58,269 nucleotides of DNA from a virus (taxonomy: Duplodnaviria; Caudoviricetes). Of this stretch, positions 52,861 to 58,269 are shown piece by piece; within the stretch, counting starts at the first letter, position 1; each line of letters begins with the position of its first letter. The stretch lies in the IMG/VR virus record IMGVR_UViG_3300028920_000079, positions 1-58,269 of that record. One strand, given 5' to 3'. The translations under genes were made by a program, and so were the position numbers. Below the pieces are notes generated by a model. The model was not told where the DNA came from. It worked only from the letters and a program-made list of their open reading frames with translations, and searched no databases.

Positions 52861-54653
52861 ATCTCTTCACCTTCCTCGTTTAGCCAATCCTCTTCATGGG
52901 TTGGCGGTTTGTTTTCCAACATTGTCCTTGGTTTCTGATGATCGTTATCCAAATACTGATGGCAGTCCTGATGATACCATAACGAAAGCTTCCCTTCCCA
53001 ATCATAATACCGTTGCTTCTGAACTTGAAGATATGCATCACCCTGATCTTCTGATCCGCCTGCGCCTTCTTCTTTTGGCTTATTGCGCCATACAGCAACA
53101 ACGTTATCGGCCATATCTGTTATGCCACCGGTTCCCTTAACGTCCATCTTTCCCGGCGTACTTGATTCGTTAATGCCTTTCCTGTCGTGATTGACTAAAT
53201 GCAAATGAATAGCTTTGTCTCGGCAAAAATCAGTCAGCTTATCGACAAATTCTTTTTGCCCATTGTAATCGTCTTCAGCAAAACCACACTTACTGAGTGA
53301 GTCTATGATGCCATGCTGGACGCCGTACCGGTGATATGAATAATCCATCATCTCAAGAACTAACTCAGCCTTGGCAGTTCCTTGAATGTTGACAATCCAA
53401 CACTGGTCGATAAACGCCTCAGTGATTTGATCTATATAAAGTTCGCTCGGACATTCTATCGCACCATATTGCTGATACATTCTTGCCAATAACTTCACAG
53501 CAGGTATTTCCATGCTGGCAATCGCAAGCTTACTTCCTTGCGAAATCAAGTAACTTGCAATCATCGACAAGACCATGCTTTTTCCGTGACCGCTGAAGCC
53601 ATGCCATATCGTAAGCTCGCCGGGCCGTAAACGAAACTGTGCATCTGATTTGGGCCATGGTAATGCGTCGCCCTGAGTATCTTGATCGCCTGCAAAGTAA
53701 TTCTTCAGTTCATCGCTGAATGTTTCGGCAGCACGCAACTGCGGTGGATCTACATACTTGGCCTTCTGAATAAACTCGTCTAAATCATGTCCGGCAAGCA
53801 AAGTATCGTTTGCATCCTTAACCGGCAACGAAATAATCTTGCATCGGTGGTGCCCTAAACGTTCCAACACTGGACCAATGGTTTCTTGTCCAGCCGTGTC
53901 CATGTCAAACGACAAATAAATCGTATCGAATTGCTCAAGCCGTTCCCAGTCTAATTCAATCCACTTGAGTTTATAGCCTCCGCCAGAACCCATCGGTAAC
54001 GACAACGCAGGAATGCTGTGTTGTGCATAAGCCAACGCATCAAACTCACCCTCGGTAATGACAACTTCACGAGCATCTTCCGGTATTGCCTGCCACCCAA
54101 ACAAAATTGGCGTACTGCCTTTACTGCAAGACCACCGTTCTTTTTTAGGTTTCGTCATGTTCAAATACTTGATGTGATAAACCTTGTCTTCGGCGTAATA
54201 CGGGAAATTGATCATAACGCCATTGTTTGTGATCTTAAAAGCGTCGAGTACAGCTTTAGAAATGCCACGCTTCTTGAACCACTTCTCAGCAGCAGTTCCA
54301 ACATCACCGCCTTTTGGCGGATCAATCGTTTTCGGTTCAGGTGCTTTTGGATGAACATCAAACTTGTCGCATCGAATACCTAAAAAATCTTGCGCCCAAG
54401 CTTTAGCATCATTGACGCCGCAATTTTGTACGGCCTTATACAAGCCAATCAAATCGCCTTTAATGTCAGCATCAAAATCAGACCATCTTCCAGCTTTAGG
54501 TCCCGCCAAGCGGATTTTCATAGATTGGCCGGGTTTCCCAGACACGTCACCAACAAGCCATTCAGCACCCTTTTTCTCGCCTTGTGGCAAAAGCTGACGG
54601 CATATCGTTTCGACATGAGGAATCAGCAATTTATTTAATTCAGTCGGCCTCAT
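52857..54653 (-). CDS. Primase-helicase (TOPRIM plus SF4 helicase, T7 gp4/Twinkle-like)
   Basis: ITEGEFDAL, FDMD.AG, KDAND; G.SGHGKS; IDSL; HLVNH.RK; KQR. Confidence 0.9.
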   Translation of the reverse strand: MRPTELNKLLIPHVETICRQLLPQGEKKGAEWLVGDVSGKPGQSMKIRLAGPKAGRWSDFDADIKGDLIGLYKAVQNCGVNDAKAWAQDFLGIRCDKFDVHPKAPEPKTIDPPKGGDVGTAAEKWFKKRGISKAVLDAFKITNNGVMINFPYYAEDKVYHIKYLNMTKPKKERWSCSKGSTPILFGWQAIPEDAREVVITEGEFDALAYAQHSIPALSLPMGSGGGYKLKWIELDWERLEQFDTIYLSFDMDTAGQETIGPVLERLGHHRCKIISLPVKDANDTLLAGHDLDEFIQKAKYVDPPQLRAAETFSDELKNYFAGDQDTQGDALPWPKSDAQFRLRPGELTIWHGFSGHGKSMVLSMIASYLISQGSKLAIASMEIPAVKLLARMYQQYGAIECPSELYIDQITEAFIDQCWIVNIQGTAKAELVLEMMDYSYHRYGVQHGIIDSLSKCGFAEDDYNGQKEFVDKLTDFCRDKAIHLHLVNHDRKGINESSTPGKMDVKGTGGITDMADNVVAVWRNKPKEEGAGGSEDQGDAYLQVQKQRYYDWEGKLSLWYHQDCHQYLDNDHQKPRTMLENKPPTHEEDWLNEEGEEI

Positions 54654-55417
54654 AATGCTTTTGCCAAATCTCGGTTATGTGCATCCCATTGTTCTCGCGT
54701 CATTCCGGCTGGTATGTTCAAAGGTTTACTACTAGCTTCTTTGCTTTGTCTTGCCTGCCACCCACCTATCGAACTATGCCAACACTTCATCTTGTTTTTT
54801 CCAACCATCCAATTCTTGCTTGCGTAAAACGAATGGAACTCTACAGCATCCACAGTGTATTCCATTTTTGCGATATACGCTTTTATCTCATCAACAGTTG
54901 GTGGTACAAAGACTTTACTAGATTTTGAATCTTTCTCCCTCTCAGACTCTCCCTCTTTCTTAGTATCCTTATCCTTATCCTTATCCTTATCCTTATCCTT
55001 ATCCTGTAGGCTCCTATCGGACCCTACTATAGGAGCCTTCATAGAAGGCTTTGTAGTAGCCTTTGGAATTATTTCCAAGCCTTCGCATTTGTCTATCAGG
55101 TTATGTGCTGTAAGTGCTTTAATTACTGAAACATGTACAGTGCTGTTTTCCGATAAGACACCTTTGTATTGAAATTTAACGAATTTCGTAAGCCACCACT
55201 TATCTTCGCTGAGTTTCTTAATTCTGTCGCCGAAAACAGCCATATCTTCTTCAGAAAAGGTTGTCTTCGCGATAAATGATGCTGAACTGAAACTCGTCTT
55301 CCATATCCCAGCATGGTCACATTTGCAGCATAAATACATCCATAACCATTGATGCTTCAAGTCCAATTGGCAGAACCAATCATGCTCCCAAATTTCAGTG
55401 TCTATAAATCTTTTCAT
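54650..55417 (-). CDS. Replication initiator-like protein
   Basis: KRF.DT.IW..WF..YL...CDHAG.W; (DK)n linker; F.PPT.DE..F..FY..W..G...K.W. Confidence 0.75.
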   Translation of the reverse strand: MKRFIDTEIWEHDWFCQLDLKHQWLWMYLCCKCDHAGIWKTSFSSASFIAKTTFSEEDMAVFGDRIKKLSEDKWWLTKFVKFQYKGVLSENSTVHVSVIKALTAHNLIDKCEGLEIIPKATTKPSMKAPIVGSDRSLQDKDKDKDKDKDKDTKKEGESEREKDSKSSKVFVPPTVDEIKAYIAKMEYTVDAVEFHSFYASKNWMVGKNKMKCWHSSIGGWQARQSKEASSKPLNIPAGMTREQWDAHNRDLAKAL

Positions 55418-55429
55418 CGCGGCCTCCCA

Positions 55430-55605
55430 TAAAAAAACCCGGCATAGCCCTAGAACATCGAGCGATAAGAAAGATGTCCGGTTCCGAAGAACCACTATGC
55501 CGGGTAAATTGTAGTCGTGTGAATAATTTCATTTATCGCTGCCAACTTCCTAGGTTGCCGCGTACTCTATCACCTCCCTTCCCGTATGTCAACGGTTTTT
55601 TTCAA
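55430..55605 (-). promoter_or_regulatory. sigma70 promoter plus attenuator-like leader of the replication operon
   Basis: TTGACA-17-TAGAGT; stem 55495-505/55437-47 followed by U-tract; 55533-40 complementary to loop 55461-68. Confidence 0.7.
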
Positions 55606-55612
55606 CTTTTTT

Positions 55613-55831
55613 TCAATCATACACCAGCTTCGCATCAAACTCAAGTATACGCGCCGTCATTAACTCACTCGCCAAGCGTTCCAGTAACTCAATCTGTTGC
55701 TGAACCGATAGCGGAGAACAGCTTGATATCCGTATCAAAGCTTCCAGTAATCGGATCAACTCGTCCCTGCTGATCCCGCTTGCATGCTGAAACTCTGTAA
55801 CCAGTTGCGTGTAATCTACTTCTGTCTTCAT
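55613..55831 (-). CDS. Hypothetical protein
   Basis: GGGAG RBS. Confidence 0.55.
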   Translation of the reverse strand: MKTEVDYTQLVTEFQHASGISRDELIRLLEALIRISSCSPLSVQQQIELLERLASELMTARILEFDAKLVYD

Positions 55832-56039
55832 ATCTCCCAGCCATCCATCATTATCCGTTCGAGTTCCTCGTAGGTTTCAACTGATATGCTGATGTACTGG
55901 TCGGGGTGAAAACCAGCACCGTATTGGTCCGATTCGCATACCAGTTTCAACGTAGATAGAGGCACGATATATGTCGATTGATCCACGTCCTTGAATTTAA
56001 CACATACATCGTGGTTCTTACTGTACGCCCCGCCTACTT

Positions 56040-56303
56040 TTACTTCGTCTGACATTGTTTGCCTTTCTTGTTTTGCCGCTCTTCTGCTGCCTCTAGTATA
56101 CAGCGATCTGTCGCTGCTGCCATTTGTCGTGCCGCCTTCTGTACCCACTCATTGCTCTCTCGCTCAGCCTGTGTATACTCGCCGCGCTCAAGTCTATCGT
56201 GTTCGTCCTTAATGATTTGCAGAGCTTGCATCTGCCGATCTTCCGATAGCGTTCCCAGAAACTTGCTTAAGCGCGATACGCCTGTTATGGGATGGTCTGA
56301 CAT
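56040..56303 (-). CDS. Hypothetical protein
   Basis: AAAGGA RBS. Confidence 0.55.
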   Translation of the reverse strand: MSDHPITGVSRLSKFLGTLSEDRQMQALQIIKDEHDRLERGEYTQAERESNEWVQKAARQMAAATDRCILEAAEERQNKKGKQCQTK

Positions 56304-56338
56304 TTATAGTCCTTTCCCTAATTCAACCTCGTCCCAAA

Positions 56339-56518
56339 TTACAAGTCTTTCACCTCGCTAGCAAGTAATTCCGCTATCTTTTCCCATGTTTCCTTTGAGA
56401 TAGTCCAATGTGTGATCTGTGTATGTTTTCCCGGCGACTGAGAATCATCAGATACTGTGACTATATTCTTATCACCCAAGGATGTAACAAAAACATTCAT
56501 CTTAATGTAGCCAGACAT
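56339..56518 (-). CDS. Small hypothetical protein (59 aa, not in ORF track) between 23-bp direct repeats
   Basis: GGGAG RBS; MSGYIKMNVF...SEVKDL*. Confidence 0.6.
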   Translation of the reverse strand: MSGYIKMNVFVTSLGDKNIVTVSDDSQSPGKHTQITHWTISKETWEKIAELLASEVKDL

Positions 56519-56527
56519 ATCAGCTCC

Positions 56528-56782
56528 CTAATTCAACCTCGTCCCAACAACCTGCACCAACCTGTCTTCCGATATCTTCTCCATGATAGTCCTGCTCGCC
56601 ATAGCCCCAAACCTAAACGCCCTCTGCGTCTCGTCCCGCTGCGTCGGTCCCGCATCCTTCGGTATAGTCTCGAAGTAATCCTTCCACGCGTTCTGTAACG
56701 ATCTCAGATATAACGCTTTTTCGCTCTTGTTCATGTTCATGTCTTCAACTCCTCTTATCCGGCGGTTCGAACTCCAAATCAA
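56528..56782 (-). CDS. Hypothetical protein
   Basis: W..Y...IP.DA..Q..ET.RAF..GA; true start probably internal. Confidence 0.6.
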   Translation of the reverse strand: MIWSSNRRIRGVEDMNMNKSEKALYLRSLQNAWKDYFETIPKDAGPTQRDETQRAFRFGAMASRTIMEKISEDRLVQVVGTRLN

Positions 56783-56999
56783 TATACCCCGTCGCTATTG
56801 TAAACCCTTGCATAACAACAGGTGGCTCGCATGTAATCTTGACTGTCCGTGAGTATATAGCCCAAGAGCCAACTGCTTCCAGTACACTGGCACCGCGACC
56901 CACAACGTATGAGCCGCAACTACCTTCTTGTATGCAGTCAAATCGACCAGCCTTGTTTTGCGTAATACGTAACTGTTTCTCCGTATCGCTTGTTTTCAT
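56745..56999 (-). CDS. Hypothetical protein
   Basis: GRG.SV.EAVG; ATGA coupling. Confidence 0.55.
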   Translation of the reverse strand: MKTSDTEKQLRITQNKAGRFDCIQEGSCGSYVVGRGASVLEAVGSWAIYSRTVKITCEPPVVMQGFTIATGYIDLEFEPPDKRS

Positions 57000-57244
57000 A
57001 ACCGCAACTCCTCCTGCACCCCCACGCCAAACATCCTGTACAATACCTGTTCCTTCGCCGCCTTCTCCGCCGCCGCCCGGTCCATACCCGCCTCGTATTC
57101 CAAGATGGCCGCCCTCTCCTCGAACTCGTCCCGATACCGCTCGTCCTCTTGCGCTATCACCTCCAGTAATCGCTTGCCTTTATGCATCCCCAAACCCTCG
57201 CTTTCAGCCCTCTCCGAACACCAACCAACGTTTCCTGCGCGCAC
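56996..57244 (-). CDS. Conserved phage protein (EERAAI.EY motif)
   Basis: FEERAAILEYEAG..R.AAE. Confidence 0.6.
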   Translation of the reverse strand: MRAGNVGWCSERAESEGLGMHKGKRLLEVIAQEDERYRDEFEERAAILEYEAGMDRAAAEKAAKEQVLYRMFGVGVQEELRL

Positions 57245-57303
57245 GCGCAGTATAGAATATATATATTTATATATATAGGCCTACCGTAGTATGCATACAA
57301 CCG

Positions 57304-57495
57304 TTATGTATTGATCTCCCTTCTTAACCACCTCAGTATCCTTCTCAACCTACTACTACCAGAAACCAAAATTTGAATATAAAAAAATAATCCTTCCTTA
57401 TGCTCGTCTTCAACCAAGCTATCTACTTCCCAGATATACCCGCCTTTAGCTTTCCCAGCCAAAAAATTATTTTGCCAGATCCGTTGCTCTATCAT
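57304..57495 (-). CDS. Hypothetical protein
   Basis: GGAGG RBS. Confidence 0.45.
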   Translation of the reverse strand: MIEQRIWQNNFLAGKAKGGYIWEVDSLVEDEHKEGLFFYIQILVSGSSRLRRILRWLRREINT

Positions 57496-57736
57496 CCTCC
57501 ACCTCTAAGGGTCCATGCCCACCCTTGTATACACCAGTACAGCAGCTCTGTTTAACCTTCTTCATCACGTCTTCAACCGAGTCATGAACATATACCGCTT
57601 TTCGACCTGATATGAGAATAACCGTCAATGCTTCTTCGTCTTCGTCTACCTCTTCAGGCAATACAGCCACAATAGTATCGGCGTCTATATATCCACGCTT
57701 GCCGTCACCAACTGTCACGTCTATGAAACTCGTCAT
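57467..57736 (-). CDS. FlbD-like small protein
   Basis: FI.VT....YI.AD.I..V....T.I.....V.DS.EDV..KV. Confidence 0.55.
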   Translation of the reverse strand: MTSFIDVTVGDGKRGYIDADTIVAVLPEEVDEDEEALTVILISGRKAVYVHDSVEDVMKKVKQSCCTGVYKGGHGPLEVEDDRATDLAK

Positions 57737-57878
57737 ATCTTTACCCTCCCTCTCATAACTACCTCCCATATCCGCCTAATTAGCCTCACCAGTGCCCTAA
57801 ATCGCCCTCCCACGGTCAAGTTCTAACAAACCTATACCTAGACATGGGTTTTGCCTAGATCGGGACGTATAGAGCCTC

Positions 57879-58148
57879 TCAGGGCTTCGGAAGGTATAAA
57901 CCAAACCCGTCCGTTACGATAGAATTATGGCGCATATTAGCCAACTTTAGCGCATGCTCATAAAACACCTTGTAACTTTTCTCATCACTAGGCTTGTATA
58001 TGTCCGACAATGTGTCAATGTCGTCCAGTAATGTGTACATCGTCTCTACAAGCCGCAATAGCTGCTCATGTGTACAGGATGATACAGGATTGCCTAAGTT
58101 ATCCGTAATACGCTCACTTATACCTTGTGTCTGAACTTCTTCTGTCAT
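57879..58148 (-). CDS. Hypothetical protein
   Basis: LLDDIDT.SD..KP..DG..L. Confidence 0.65.
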   Translation of the reverse strand: MTEEVQTQGISERITDNLGNPVSSCTHEQLLRLVETMYTLLDDIDTLSDIYKPSDEKSYKVFYEHALKLANMRHNSIVTDGFGLYLPKP

Positions 58149-58252
58149 CTCGCTTTACCCTTTCCGCTCGGTTTTAAAAAAAATGAGTCCTCGGTATGGG
58201 AGGTAAACATATATACGTGCGACAGGGTGCCTGCTGAACGGTACCGGTTGGT
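58127..58252. repeat. Terminal direct repeat, copy 2
   Basis: Identical to 1-126. Confidence 0.95.
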
Positions 58253-58269
58253 GGGGGGGGGGCGCCGGC

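Noticed and set aside
58253-58269. Poly-G tail after the terminal repeat
   Set aside because: It disagrees with the continuation at 127 onward; most likely a read-end/assembly artefact.

Overview
The window looks like an essentially complete ~58.1-kb tailed-phage genome: bases 1-126 recur at 58127-58252. It is probably temperate and podovirus-like, with portal, P22-type capsid, adaptor/nozzle genes, three ejection-type proteins and no tape measure or sheath gene. Layout: a + strand early region (1.2-8.7 kb: ArdC-like, RadC, DUF1419-like, clamp-like, SleB-like, HNH); a - strand array of small accessory genes (8.7-17 kb); exonuclease/RecT/tyrosine recombinase (17-21 kb); the virion module (21-50 kb); primase-helicase and a replication initiator (52-55.4 kb). 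Family calls come from motif recognition, not database searches. Thr-Asn-rich secreted proteins and the integrase type suggest a PVC (Verrucomicrobiota/Kiritimatiellia-like) host, which is an inference. Main observations: (1) four canonical integron attC sites with no IntI, including an inverted cassette whose stop codon, RBS and ATG lie inside the attC loop; (2) several families of short repeats that duplicate a gene 3' end plus RBS and ATG between single accessory genes; (3) six virion-module proteins, including the tail fibre, with Sec-like signal peptides, four of them rich in T/S-N motifs; (4) a probable -1 frameshift extending RecT; (5) three promoter-leaders sharing an antiterminator/terminator architecture; (6) a sigma54-like early promoter.
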